NCBI GenBank assembly: GCA_965240325.2
Contig: OZ251255.1
Span: forward strand, 186,001-250,000
Reading direction: 5' to 3'
Origin: Rebecca billardiae RCC1528
Taxonomy: Eukaryota > Protista > Haptophyta
Length of the DNA stretch: 64,000 nt
A model generated the notes under the pieces. That model was not told the DNA's origin and ran no database searches. It worked only from the letters and a program-made list of their open reading frames with translations. A program made the translations under genes and the position numbers. Shown here piece by piece: positions 22,191 through 35,606 of the stretch. The number at the start of each line of letters is the position of its first letter. Position 1 is the first letter of the stretch.

Positions 22191-25100
22191 CACGCGACGC
22201 CCGCGCGCGCGGCCGAGCCGAGTGGCGGCGGCAGCGGCGGCGGCTCGTTCGAGCGGCGTGCCGTGCGGCGCAGCCGCTCGCGCACGCCCTCGCCCGCGCC
22301 CTCCGCCGCCGACGGCGCCGCCAGCCCCACGCCCGCGGCCGGCGGCGGCGCCGGTCTGCCTCCGTTCGTGTCGCCTGCTCGCGCGGGCGAGGTCGATGAG
22401 GCCACGGGCGAGCGGCGCGGGACCACGATCCTGCCGCTGGCGAAGTCGCGCGGCTCGGGCGCGCTCGTCGCGCGGCGGCACTCGGAGGTGGTGCTGCCCT
22501 CGCCGCTCGACGCGCCGCTCGTCAGCGCCGCGCTCGACGGCGGCCGCGAGCAGCGCGCCGCCGGCCGCGGCCGCGCCGAGCGCGCGCGCGGCGCGACCAC
22601 TCAAAGCATGGGCTGCGTGCCGGCGGCGCGTCCGAACGAGCCCGCGGCTGCGCCGCTGGCGGAGCCGGCGGCGGCGGCGTCGCCGCGCACGCCGCCGCCG
22701 GTGCAGCTGGCCTCTGTGGCGTCGCCCAAGCCGCCGCTGCCGCTGCCGCCGCCGCCCGCCGGCGCGGGAGGCCCCGGCGCCGGCGCGGCGCCGTCGGCGG
22801 CTGGCCGGCAGCGGCTGCAGCCGCCCGCGGAGGGCGCGCGCAACCGGCGCTCCTCCGCCGAGCGCGCGGGCGGCAAGACCGAGGCCGTCTCCTCGCCCGG
22901 CGAGGTGCGCCGCACGCCCTCGCTGCAGCGCGCGCTCAAGCGCGGCACGGCCGCGGCCATCCTGCCAGGGGCGGCGCTGCGCGCGGCGCGCGCCTTCAGC
23001 TCTGCGCCCGAGTCGGGCGCAGCGGATGCAGCGGCCGCGGGCGCGCCCGCCGCGGCCGAGCCCGCGGACGGCGGCGCGCTGGAGCTCGGCGCGTCGCTCA
23101 CGAGCGCCGCTGCAGCCGCGCCCGACGGCGCCGCGCCCGCGCCGTCAGCAGGCGCCACCCCCGAGGGCGAGCCGTCCCTCCGTCCCGCTTCCCTCGAGCT
23201 TGAGCTAGGCCTTGAGCTGGACGGCGCCGAGCTGCCCTCGCCCTCGCCCACGCCCGCCCCGGTCCGGCTCGACCCTGTCGTCGACGGCGTCGCGACGTAC
23301 CTCCTCGAGTCCGGCCTCTTCGGCGCGTCCTGCCCGCGCGCCGACGCGCTCGCGGCCGCGCAGGGCGCGGGCGTGCGCTCGTGCCTCCGGTACGAGGGAA
23401 TCTATCGAGAAGGACTGCGCGGGGCGTTCATGTATGTGGTGCTCAAGGGGACGGTGCTGCTGCGCTCGTTCGACGGCGGCGAGCTCGTGCGGGTATGCGC
23501 CGCCGCCGCGCCGCGCGCGCGACCCATCCCGCCGCGCGACGCCGCGCGACCGCCGCGCCGCCGGCCGCGCGCGCGCTCGCGCGCGCCGACCCGCGTGTCC
23601 CGTAAGCCGACGCGCTCCGCACCGCGCCGCCTGCCTCGGCGCCCGCCGCCGTGCGCCGCAGGTGGGCCCGGGCGTGTGCATTGGCGAGGAGGCGTGCTGG
23701 CGCGTGCAGCAGGCCGCTGAGCACTCCAAGCTGCACGGCGTCGGCCTCGCTGTCGGGCTGGGCGTGCGCGCGAGCGCGCCGCGCGGCCCCCTGTCGGCGG
23801 CGTGTGGCGGCGGCGGCGCGGCGGCGGGGTCGCGCGGCGCGGGCGGCGCGGGCGCGGCGCAGCAGCAGGCGGCGCAGGGCGGCGCGCCGGCCGGCGTCGC
23901 CGCCGCCGCCAGGCCGGGCGGCGGTGGCGGCGGCGGCGAGTCGCTCTTCGAGGCGCTGCCTCGGCTGGCCAGCGCGACCGTGGGTGGAGACGGCGCGGTG
24001 CTCCTGGCCATTCCCTCCGAGGTGTGCGCGTGCCCGAGGCGCGTGTGCGCGTGTGCGCCCGCCCGCCGCCGCTCGCCCTCCCTCCCTCCGCCGACGTGTT
24101 ATTCACGTGTTCGCCCGCCGCCGCGCCGCGCCGCGCCGCCGCCCGCCCCCTTCTCTCGCAGGCGGTGCCCAAGGCGATCACGCGCGCGGTGCACACGCGC
24201 GTCGCCGCGCGGCTGCTCGCCGTGCACTCGGGCCCGCTCTTCTCCGCCATCGTCGCCGGCGCGCTCGCCGGCCAGGAGGACCAAACCGAGACGCTTTTGG
24301 AAAAGCTCGGCAGCTTATTCCAATTTAAATCGATCCCGACCGACGGCGTGATTTGCCGGCAGGGGCAGAACGCCGACGAGTTCTACGTGATGCTGCGCGG
24401 CTCGGCGAGGGTGCGCGCGGCGCGGCGGCGCCCACGGGCGGGGCGCCGGCGGCCGCCCGACGCCTTGCACGCGCGCGCGGATGCCGACGCCGCGCGCACC
24501 CTCGCCACCCGCGCCGCGCTCCGCCCTACTGACCATCCCCCTAACCCTAACCCCCTAACCCTAACTACCCTCCTTGCCCCCTTACCCTCCTTGCAGGTGC
24601 TCGTGTGGCTGGGCAAGCAGAAGGAGGCGATCCACGTGGGCACGATCACCGCGAAGGAGGGCGAGGGCACGCAGGCCGGCACCCGCCACTTCGGCGAGGC
24701 CGGCCTCATCGCCGCGGCGAACGCGCACGACGCGCCCCTGCCGGTGCGCACGGCGTCCATCATCGCCAACGAGCCGTGCTGGCTGCTCGTGCTGCCGCAG
24801 AAGAAGTACGCGGCGTTCAACAACCTGCTGCCCGGCGTGGACGGGCACTTTGCCAAGGCGAAGGTGTGCGCGCGCGCGCGCGCCACGCGCGCGCGCGGCC
24901 GCGGCGGCGCGGCACGCGGCCGCGCGCACGCCCGCCGCTTCCGAGCCGACCCCCCCTCCATCCGCTCCGCCCCGCCCGCGCCCGCGCCGCACGGCCGCGC
25001 GCGCGCGCGCGCAGGCGATCCAAGAGCAGCTCAACGCGGGGCTCAAGGTGCGCCGCGGCTTCATCGACAAGATCTTCGCGCGCAACTCGCAGGGCTCCGA

Positions 25101-25257
25101 GTGGGAGGAGGCGGCCGACCTCGTCGGCGAGACGCGCGGCGGCGGCGGCGCGGGCGCCGAGCACGCGCACATGTGGAAGCGGGTCAAAGAGATGCGCGAG
25201 GCGCGGCGGGAGGACCGGGTGCTGCGCCGCCGCCGGCGGTACTCGCACGCGACGTGA
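15420..25257 (+). CDS. Very large low-complexity protein with two C-terminal cyclic-nucleotide-binding domains; introns 20780-21088, 23493-23661, 24022-24161, 24411-24596, 24864-25014
   Basis: CNB1 reads [38 protein letters not shown]2 reads [42 protein letters not shown]. Splicing joins the frames. The extent of the N-terminal part is less certain. Confidence 0.8.
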
Positions 25258-25473
25258 GGCGGTGGCTGATGGGCGCCGGCGGCGCGCGGCGCGCAGACCG
25301 GCGCCGAGCCGTGCGCGCGGACTGATGCCCACAGCGCCTCATGCGCGCGGAGTGACCGGCGACGACGAGGAGCCGCCGGCCCGCGAGCGGCCGGCGGCAT
25401 ATGGCGTAGTAGATCCATGCTCGGCGTGCTGCGCGCTCGCTTGGGCGTCGCTCTCCGCCGACGACCGTGCGTA

Positions 25474-25749
<276 letters not shown>

Positions 25750-26055
25750 CGCACCCGCCGGTCGCGGCGACCTCCGTCGCACGGGCGTCAGCCATAAGAC
25801 CCGCGTCGCGCAATAGCGCCGGGGCAGCCATCGTGTCTGTCGATGCAAAACTTAGCTACCACAACCGCGTGCTGTTTCGGCAGTTTCGCGGGGCACAGCC
25901 GCGGCAAGTGCAACGATCCGGGCTCGCGCGAAAACTGACGAAAAGTCGTCGTCACGAATTCTTTCGATCGGGAAGGCAGGCTGGTGGGGGCATCCCCGGC
26001 GCATGGCGGCAGCCGTGGCGCCCCGCGCGCGCCAGCCAGCCCACAAGCGCCGCGC

Positions 26056-27024
26056 ATGAAGAGCCTGCGCAAGGCCGCGCAGAAGTTCACCGGTGCGCGC
26101 TCCGCACGCGCGCGCCGCGCGCGCGCCGCGCGCGCGCCCTGCGCCCACCGCGCCGCCGCCGCGCGCCGACCGCGAAGCGCGCGCGACGCGCCGCGCCGCG
26201 CCCGCGCGCGCGCCGCAGCCGTCACGGGCGGCGCGGCCCGGAGGTCGTCGAGCGGCGGCGGCGCGCAGCCGGGGCCGGGCGCGTCGGACCCGCGCGCCTG
26301 CGTGCACACCACCGCGGCGCACGTCCGCGCCGGCCTCGCCAACGAGCCCCCGGAGGCGCGCGCGGCGTCGACGGCGGAGGCGCTCGCGCCGCCGCCGCGG
26401 CTGGAGGGCGCGCGCGCGGCGCAGCGCGCGCTCGAGGGGGGCGGCGGTGGTGCGGCGCTCGAGGCGCTGGGTCTGACGCCGCGCGACGCGCTGGAGGGCC
26501 TGCGCCACGCCCTCTTCCACGCGCCCGACGAGCCGCTCCTCACGCCGGCCGTCGCGGAGGCGCTGCGCGCCGTGCACGGCGGCGGCGGCAGCGCGGACGC
26601 GCTGCGCGCGGCGCTGCTCGAGCTGCCCGCGGCGCACGCCGACGCGCTGCGGGCGCTGGTCTCGCTGCTGTACGAGCTGCGCGACGTCGCGCGCGCGCAG
26701 CCCACCGTGCCCGCGCTCGCCGCCCTCTGGGGGCCGGTCGCACTGCGCGGCCTCGCGCCGGCCGCGGACGCGCCGCCGCTGCCGCCGCCGACGCCGCCAC
26801 CAGGCTCGGCGGTCGAGCCGCCGCCGCTGACGGCGGCGTCGGCGGTGTTCGGGCAGATGCTCCGCGTGGGCCCGCCCATCTTTGACCGCCCGGCCGCGCG
26901 CCAGCCCGCCGCCACCGGCGTCGCGCCGTCCGCCGCCTCGGCCGCCGCGCAGTCCGGCGGCGCGGCGGCGGCGGGTGTGGCGGCGGACGGCGCTGAGGCG
27001 GTGCAGCCGTTCTCGGCGGGCGAG

Positions 27025-27062
<38 letters not shown>

Positions 27063-30000
27063 GCCGAACCCGCTCAGCTCCTTCCGCCCGCCCGCCGTCG
27101 CCACCGCCGCGCCGCCCCCGCCCGGCGTGGAGCTCGGTCCGTCGCACCCCGACCGTCGGCTCGGCTCGGTGGACGCGCAGCTGCAGAGTCGGAGCCCGCA
27201 GCAGCGGCTGGCGCCGCCGCCGAGCGGGCAGCGCGCCTTCTCCCTCGACGCGCAGCTGGGCAGCCTCGACCGGCGCGCCGACGGCGCGAGCGCCGAGCTG
27301 GACGGCGGCGGCAGCAGCGAGCAGCTGTCGCCCGTCGCGTCGTCGCCGAGAGGCGAGCCGCTGCCGCCGTCGCCGCGCCCGCCGCAGCCGTCGCCCGCCG
27401 CGCCCGCCGCGCCGCCGCGCGGCGCGGCGGAGCAGGAGCCGAGCGCCGCGCCCAGGGGCGCGGTGCGCCCGTCCGCCTCCGCCTCGGCGCTGCCGCCGCG
27501 GCACGCGGGCGCCGAGCCGCGCACGGCGACGCTGGCGCCGCCGGCCGAGCAGCGCTCCCTCCAGAGCTCGCAGTCTGAGATTGCAATCTCGAGCCAGCGC
27601 GCGCCCCCCGGCGGCGGCGGCGGCGGCGGCTCCGCCGCGCCCGCGCCGCACGATCCCGCCGCCGAGGCCGCGGCGTGGGAGTCGAAGCACGACGCCCTGC
27701 TCGCGTCGAAGCGCGCGCTGAAGGCGGAGCTCGAGCGCGCGGCCGCGGCGCGCGCGGCCGCGGAGGCGGAGGCGACCAGACTCGCCCGCGAGCTGGAGCT
27801 GCAGCGGAGCGCGGTGCGCTCGCTGTCGCACGACGTGAGCGCCGAGCGCGCACGGCGGGAGCGCGCCGAGGCCGCCGCCAGGGCGCCCGCCGCGCCCGCC
27901 GCCGCGCCCTCGCCCTCCGCCGCCGCCGCCGCCGCCGCCGCCGCGTCGGCCGCGCCCGACGCTGAGCGCGAGGCCGAGGCGGCGCGCCGGCGGCGCACGG
28001 CCGAAGAATTGGGGCTGGGGCTCGAGTCGGCCGACTTGGACTTCTCCTCCGCCTCGCTCGAGCTCGACGCCGCCGTGCCGACGGGCGCGCCGCCCACCGC
28101 CCGCCGCCCGCCGCCGGCTGCCGGTGCGGCGGCGGCGGTCGGCTCGGCGGCCGATTCGGCGGAGCAGCGTCAGCGGCAGGCGCAGGCGTTGGCGCGCGCC
28201 GAGCTCGAGCTCGCTGCCCTGCGCGCGGAGGTGAGCGAGCTGCGGACGGCGTCGAAGCGCGGCGCCGCCGGCGAGGCGGGCGGCGGCGGCGGCGCGGGCG
28301 CGCGGCAGCGGCGCGGCGCGGACGGCGGCGGCTCGGACGCGCCCTCTGAGGTCCCCTCCGAAGACGACTGGGCCCCCGACTCTGCCGCGGACGGCGCGGC
28401 GGGCGCTGCCGACGCGGCGGGCGGCGGCGGCGGTGGTAGCGCGGGCGCGGCGCGCGCCGCGCGCGCCGCCGCGGCCGACGCGGCCGCGGCGCGCGAGGAG
28501 GCCGCGGCGGCGCGCGCGCGGTACGAGCTCGCGCGCGCCACAACGAGCGCGCAGCAGCAGGAGCTCGCGCTGCGCGCGGCCGCCGAGCGCGCGCGCGCGC
28601 TGCGCGCGCCCCTCTCGTGGGCTCGCGCCGCCGCCGCCGCGGCCGCGCTTCACGGCTGGCGCGCGGCCGCGCGCGCCGCCGCGGCGGACGCGCTCGGCGC
28701 GCAGCTGAGCGCGGCGCGCGACGCGACGGCACTCTCCGAGGGCCGCGCGGCGGCGGCGCGCGCGCTCGGCGCGCGCGCCGTGCTCGGCGGCGCGCTGCGC
28801 CGCTGGGAGCGCGCGCCGCTCGGCGCCGCGCTCGTCCTGTGGCGCGCGGCCGCGGCCGCGGCCGCGGCGGGCGCGCGCGGCGCCGCGGCCGCGGCCTCGG
28901 CCGCCGAGGCGGCCGCCGCGACGGACGCCGAGGCGGCGGCGGCTTCGCGCGCGTCGCGCGCGACGGCGGCTGCGGAGGACGCGCGCCGCCGGCTGCGCCT
29001 CGCCGCGCGCGAGCTCGGCGCCAGCCAGGCCGAGCTAGCGCTCGCGAGGCGCGTCGCGCCCGCCGCGGCGGCGCGCGCCGCGCTCGCGGGCGCGCGCGGC
29101 GCGCGGCTCGGCCGCGCGCTGCTGCGCTGGGCGCACGGCGCGGCGGCGGTGGACGCGGACGCGGCGGCCGCCGCGCTGCGCGCCGCGCCGAGCCAGGCCG
29201 CGCTGCGCGCCGCGCGCGACACGCTCGGCGCGCAGCAGCGCGAGATCCGAGCGCTGCAGGCGGCCGCGGCCGCGGCCGCGCTCGGCGGCGCGCTCGGCGG
29301 CGCGCGCGCCGCGCGCGCCGCGGCCGCGCTCGGCGCGTGGCGCGCGGCCGCGGCGCGGCTGGGCGGCGGCGGCGCGGCGGCGGCGACCGGCGCGGACGGC
29401 GCGCGCGCGCTCGGCGCGCACGCGCCGCTGCGCGCGCTGCTCGGCGGCCGCGCCGCCGCGGCCGCGGCGCGCGCGCTCGAGCGGTGGCGCGGCGCGGCCG
29501 CCGCCGCCGCCGGCGCGGACGGGCGCGCCGCGGGCGCGCGCGCGTCGGCGGCGCGCGCGTCGCTCGCCGAGGCGCTGGACGACCGGGCGCTGCTCGCGCG
29601 CGACTTCAGCGCGCTGCAGGCGCGGCACGAGGCGCTGCGGGCGCGATACGAAGAGGCTCGTGGCGCGGCGTCCCTCGCGCAGGCGGAGGCGCGGCGGCTG
29701 CGCGCGCACTGGGGCGGCGGCGGCGGAGGCGGTGGCGAAGGCGAAGGCAGCGGCGGCGCCGCCGCGAGCACGGCGGCGGCGGCGGCGGCGGTGGCGGCGG
29801 ACGCCGCAACGGCGGGTGCGGAGCAGGGCGCGAGGCGCGAGGCGACGCTGCGCCTGCTGACGCGCGCCGCGGCGGCCGACGCCGCGGCGCGCGCGCTGCG
29901 CCGCTGGGCCGCGGCGGCGGCGCTGGCGGGCGCGGTGGAGGCGGCGGCGGCGGCGGCGGCCGCCACGGCCGCGGCCGCCTTGGCCGCCGCCGGCGACGAC

Positions 30001-31355
30001 GGCGGCGGTGGCGGCCCGCAGACGCGGGCGTTAGCCCTCGCCTCGGCGGCGGGCGCGCACGCGCGCGCCGACGCGGCGCGCGCCGACGCCGCGTCCGCCA
30101 CCGCGCGCGCCGCCGTCGAGGCGTCAGCTCTCGGCGCCGAGCTGCGCGCGCTCGAGGCGGCCGCCGCGCGGCTCGCGGCCGAGCAGAGGCCGCTGCGCGC
30201 GCACGCGCGCTCGCTCGCGGCAGAGGTGCGCGGCGCGGCCGCCGCGGGCCGCGCGGCGGCGGAGCGCGCGGCGGCGCAGCGGCGGCAGCGGCAGCAGCAG
30301 CAGCAGCAGCAGCAGGGTGGGGCGGAGGAGGAGGAGGGCTCGGCGGCACGTGTGCGCTTCGACGTCGCGGCGCTGTCCTCGGCGGCGGATGACGCGGGGC
30401 CCGGCAGCAGCGGCCGCGCGCGCGCTGTGCGCTTCGCCGTGCTCGCCGGCGCGGACGGCGGCGGCGGCGGCGGCGGCGCTGGCGGCGGCGGCGGCGGCGG
30501 CGGCGGGGGCGGATCGGCTGCGGCCGCGTCGGCGGCGTCTGAGCTGGCGACTGTGCGCGCGGGCCTGGACGAGCTGTCGACCGAGCTGGCGCGCGCGCTC
30601 GCCGACACCGTCGCGCAGGCGGCCACCGTCGCGCTGCTGCACGAGCGGTACGCCGAGGCGGCGGCGGCCGCCGAGCGCGACACTGCGCTCGCGCGCGCGG
30701 AGGGCGCGGCGGCGCGCGCGCAGCTCGCGGGCGCGGCCGAGGCGGCGCGCGCCGCGACGGCGGCGCTGCTCGGCGCCGAGCTGCGCAAGGTGGAGGGGGT
30801 CGCGCACGGCGCGTCCGCGGCCGCGTCCGCCGCGCGCGCGCGCGCCGACGCGCTCGCCGCCGACACCGCCGAGTCGCGCGCGCGCGAGGCCGAGCGCGCG
30901 GCGCGCGCCGCGCGCGAGGCCGCGCTCGGCTGCGCGCTGCGCGCGCGCGGCGCGCTCGCGTGCACGGCCGCGCTCGCCGCGTGGCGCACCAAGGCATGGG
31001 CGGCGCACGCGAGCGCGCTGCGCGCGGACAACGCCGCGCTGATCCGCGAGTTCGCAGCCGCCAAGGCCGCGCTCGACGACGAGAAGCTCGCCGCGCGCAC
31101 CGCGGCCGACGGCGGCTCGGCCGTGCGCGCGCAGCTCGGCGCCGCGCGCGCCGACGCGGCGCAGGCCAAGGCGGACTTGGCCGAGGCGCGTGGCGCCCTC
31201 GAGGAGTTGCGCGCGCGGGCGGGCGCACTGCAGGTGCGCGCGGCCGCGCAGCGCGCGCGTGCGGCCGGGCTGTGCGCCGTGCGCGCGCGCGGCGGCGGGG
31301 CGGCGGCCCCCACGCCAACGCGCGCCGGTGCCTGCGGCGGACACGCGCGCCCCAC

Positions 31356-31418
<63 letters not shown>

Positions 31419-32122
31419 GCTGCCGCGCCGCGGGCGCGCGCGCCGCGCCGCGCCGCGCGCCGCGCGCCGGCCGCAGGAGCGCGTGGCGGAGGCGGAGGCG
31501 GCGCACGAGGCGGCGGTGCGGCACTCGGAGGGTATGCAGGGAGCGCTCGTGCGGCTCGACGCCGAGCGCAAGGCGGTGCAGGTGCGCGCGTGCCGCCGCG
31601 CGGCACGCGCCGCGCCGGCCGCCGCGCGCCGCGCGGCACGCCCGCGCGCGCCGCGCTCACGCGCAGCCGCGGCCGGCCGCCGCGCCGCCGCAGTCGTTGC
31701 TGGCGCGCGAGCGCGCGCGCACGCAGGAGTCGACGCTCGAGCTGCGCACGCAGCTCGCGCGCGCGGAGGAGCGCGCCGCCGTCCACGAGCAGGTGGCCAG
31801 TCTCTGGAGCGCGCGAGCCAACGGCGCGTCGCGCGCGCGCCTGCCCTCGCGCGCCGCGTCGACCGCCGAGCCGTCGGTCGTGGACGGCGGCGGCGCGTCG
31901 TACTACTACGAGGCGGAGGGCGAGGGCGGCGGCGCGGCGCAGGGCGGCCTGCACGCCTCCGCCTCCACCGCCTCGCACGCCGAGCTCGCCGCCGCCGCCA
32001 TCGCCGCGCAGCACGAGGCCACGCGCGCGCTGATGCGCGAGCACGAGTACAACCGCGCGCGCGCGCTCAAGGCGCACGAGCTCAGCGTCGACCTGCTCGC
32101 GTTCTCCGAGAAGGTGCTCTAG
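26056..32122 (+). CDS. RhoGAP-like N-terminal domain plus long coiled coil with Sfi1-like LxxW[RA] repeats; introns 26093-26218, 31234-31476, 31582-31693
   Basis: LRHALFHAPDEPLLT..LLELPAAHADALRALVSLL..ALAALWGPVALR follows the RhoGAP core pattern. Repeats such as ALxxWR recur, and the GT-AG introns are frame-consistent. Confidence 0.7.
31357..31415 (+). repeat. (CTG)n microsatellite, intronic
   Basis: About 19-20 CTG units inside intron 31234-31476. Confidence 0.9.
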
Positions 32123-32532
32123 CGGGGAAGCGTGCTCCGGGCGCACCTCGGGCAGACGCGCGCGCGTGGCGGCGTGTGCGCTGCGCCTTGATCGCCTTCA
32201 TCGCGCGGCCGTCTCGCTCCGTGCCGGCGGACATCTGACTGAGCCGCGGCTCCCGACCAACGGCGCCCGCCGATCGAGCAAATCGACGAAACCAAAAGGG
32301 CGACGAATCTGCATGGCTGTTCCGAAACTGCAGCATCGAAAAGTCAGTTGAGCGAACAGTTCCCGCTGACCAACGAGCGACTTGTTCAGTGTCATCGGAA
32401 CACGCCCGGGCGTGGAGAGCTGATGATCAAAGCAGCGCGGGTGCGCAGCCAGCTCTCCGCCAGCAGTGGGCGCGAGCCGCCGGCGCGCGGCCCAGCCCTC
32501 AGCAAGCGAAGCAGCCCCACGCGCGCCGCGCC

Positions 32533-32866
32533 ATGCCGTACGGCACGCCCTCGCCGCACGCGCGGCCGGGGCACGCCCCCGCCGACGCCCCCGGCGACCG
32601 CTTCATCGCCCACCGCGCCGCGTTCGGCTCCGCCGTCCGCCAGCTCGAGCTCGCGCGCCGCTCGGAGGCAGACGGACCGATGCCGATCGATTACAACGCC
32701 TCGCCCGCCAAGGAGGAGTACAAGCGCGAGCTGGCGAGCACGCTGATCGGCGGCGCGTCGCACGCGAACCGCATGCTCGCCTTCGCCGGCTCGCCGCGCG
32801 ACGCGTCCGCCACCGCCGGCTCGGCGGGCCCCTCCCTCCGCACGCTCTACGCGCTCAACGCGCCGC

Positions 32867-32897
<31 letters not shown>

Positions 32898-33661
32898 GCT
32901 GGGCGGCGGCGGGCTGGGCGGCGGCGGGCTGGGCGGTGGTCTCGGCGGGCTGGGCGGCGGGCCCGCCGGCCGCGACGACGCCCTCCGCTCCGCCGCGCAC
33001 GCCCGCCACGACCACCACGCCCACGGTGACGGGCAGCGCGCGCGCCGCACGCGCCCGCGCCAAATGCCTCAGAGTCCGGAGCGGATCCTGGACGCACCGG
33101 ACCTGCTCGACGACCCGTCGCTGCACCTGCTGGACTGGGCGTGGAGCAACGTGCTCGCCGTCGCGCTCGGCGAGTCCGTGTACCTCTGGAACGCGCACAA
33201 CGGCAAGATCACCCAGCTGCTGCACTCGCCGGGCGAGCGCGTCACTTCATTGCGCTGGGCGGTCGGCGGCGGCGGCGGCGGCGGCGGCGCGGACGGCGGC
33301 GGCGGCGGCGGCGGGCGCTGGCTGGGCGGGCGCGGCGGCGCGGACGCGGGCGCGGGCAGCGGCGCCGGCGGTGGGGGCAGCGCCGCCGCCGCCTCGCCGC
33401 TCCTCGCCGTGGGCACGAGCCGAGGGCAGACACAGCTCTGGGATGCGTCCAAAGAAGCTCGCGTGCGCACGCTGCACGGTGCGCACGCGGGGCGCGTGGG
33501 CGCGCTCGCGTGGTGCGCGCACACGCTGACGAGCGGCGGCGACGACGGCTGCGTGCTGCACCACGACCCGCGCGCGCCGAGCGCCGAGTGCGCGCGCGTG
33601 CCGGCGCACGCGCCCGCGATGGGCGGCGCGGGCGCGCACGGCACGGCCGGCGCCGCGCGCC

Positions 33662-33695
<34 letters not shown>

Positions 33696-33883
33696 TGCCG
33701 GCGGCGGCGGCGGGACGGGCGGCGGCGGCGTGAGCGCGCTGGAGTGGGCGCCGCGCGGCAGCTACCTCGCCTCCGGCGGGGCCGACGGCTTCGTCCGCCT
33801 CTGGGACGAGCGGCAGGCGGGCGCGGCGGTGGCGGCCGTCGGCCCGAGCTGCGCCGCCGCCTCGTGGGGTGGCGGAGCGCACA

Positions 33884-33920
<37 letters not shown>

Positions 33921-34019
33921 GATCGGCGGCGCCGCCGCCGCCCTCGGCTCGCCGCGCGGCGCCGCCGCCGCCGCCGGCATCGGCATCGGCGGCGGCAGCC
34001 CCGGCGGCAGCCCCGCGCG

Positions 34020-34052
<33 letters not shown>

Positions 34053-34509
34053 GCTGCGCGCGCCCGCGCACTGCGGCGCGGTACACGCCCTCGCCTGGGC
34101 GCCGTGGCAGCGCAACCTGCTCGCGTCCGGCGGCGCGGACGGCATGGTGCGTACGTGGTGCGCGGCGCGCGGCGCGTGCGTCGGCGTGGTCGACGCGCAC
34201 GCCGCCGTCTCCGCGCTGCAGTGGGCGGCGCACGCGCGCGAGCTCGTCTCGAGCCACGGGCCGCCCTCCAACCAGCTCATCGTGTGGCGCCACCCCACGA
34301 TGACCAAACTGGCGGAGCTCACGGGCCACACGTCGCGCGTGCTGCACATGGCTCAGTCGCCCGACGGCACGACGATCGCCTCCGCCGGCGCCGACGAGAC
34401 GCTGCGCTTCTGGTGCGTGCTGCCCAGCGTCGACGGCCGGTACGGGCCGGGCGGCCGGCTGCACGCGGACGCGGCGCTCGCCATGTGCCTCGACCGCGGC
34501 GTGCGCTGA
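32533..34509 (+). CDS. CDC20: APC/C co-activator of the Cdc20/Fizzy family (WD40), intronless
   Basis: C-box-like DRFIAHR, PERILDAPDLLDD..LLDW, NVLAVALGESVYLWNA, RELVSSHG..NQLIVW, ELTGHTSRVLHMAQSPDG..SAGADETLRFW, and a terminal VR. Confidence 0.92.
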
Positions 34510-35606
34510 GCCGCTGAGACGCTTCGGCACGCGGCCGGCGCCTGTCTGTTGAATGTAATAGTGCGCGCGCGCGCCGCGCGGCAAGGGTGCTCCACGCCGC
34601 GCGGCATGCACAGTGACAGTGCCGCTGCCGTGACGCCGCTGCGGCGAGGATGACGGCTGCCAAGTCAGGAGGCGGTGGCGCCGTCTTCGGGGCGGCGCCC
34701 GTTCCTGATCGGCGCCCGCCTGATGGCTAACTAGTATGCGGATGGCGCTGGGCGCTCGCGGAGTCACTTGATAGGCTACTGCACAGTCACCGACGCGGCC
34801 GACTCCGAGCTCCGAGCTGACAGCAAGTGCCAAGTGCCGGCCAGGCGCGTCCCGCCGTCCCGCGGACCGCTGCGCGGCGGCGGCTCAATGCCGAAGGAAG
34901 GCCGGACTCAGCGATACTCGCCATGCTGGCCCCGCGCCCCCTGGCTGGTACTCTCCGTCATCGGGCTGTGCCCGCCGAGTTGACGATATGGCGGCGCAGT
35001 CCGGAGTGACGCGGAGACTATGGCCGGTACCGCCATCAGTGCGGGCAGTCGAGCCGCCGCACGGCCCGCGGCGCCCCGCCGCGCCCCGGGGCAGCGGGCG
35101 GCGCGGCTCGGCGCCGGCGCTCACCGCGGCTAGCGCTACGGACCATCGTCAGTCATCAGAAGTACATACTATAGTGACGATATATGGCTAGTCGTAGCGC
35201 AGTCGCGTACGACTCCGCGCTCAGCACTGATGACTAGTGACTGGCTCACGCGCGATTACTCACTGACGCGGGCAGGTCGGGCCGGCCGCCCGGCGTGGCG
35301 GCGCCCGGCGGCGGCGCCGCGCGAGCGGTGAGCCCCCGCCGGGAGGCGCCGCCGAGCTGGTGAGACGGGCGGCGCGGTGCGCCACTCTGTGCTGCGCCAA
35401 TATAATATGAGTGTCGTGATGACGCCCAGAGTCCGGGAGCGGCGCCCCGTGCCGGGCCTGTGGCCAGTATGTGCGCGCGGGCAGTGAGCAGTCGTCTCAT
35501 CATCGTGACTCATCGTCCCGCGCGCGCGGAGCCGCGCGGGTCGAGTGGCTGCCACGGAGCAGTCTGGCCCGGTTAATTGGACCGCCGCGTATTGCGAGAT
35601 CTAGCG

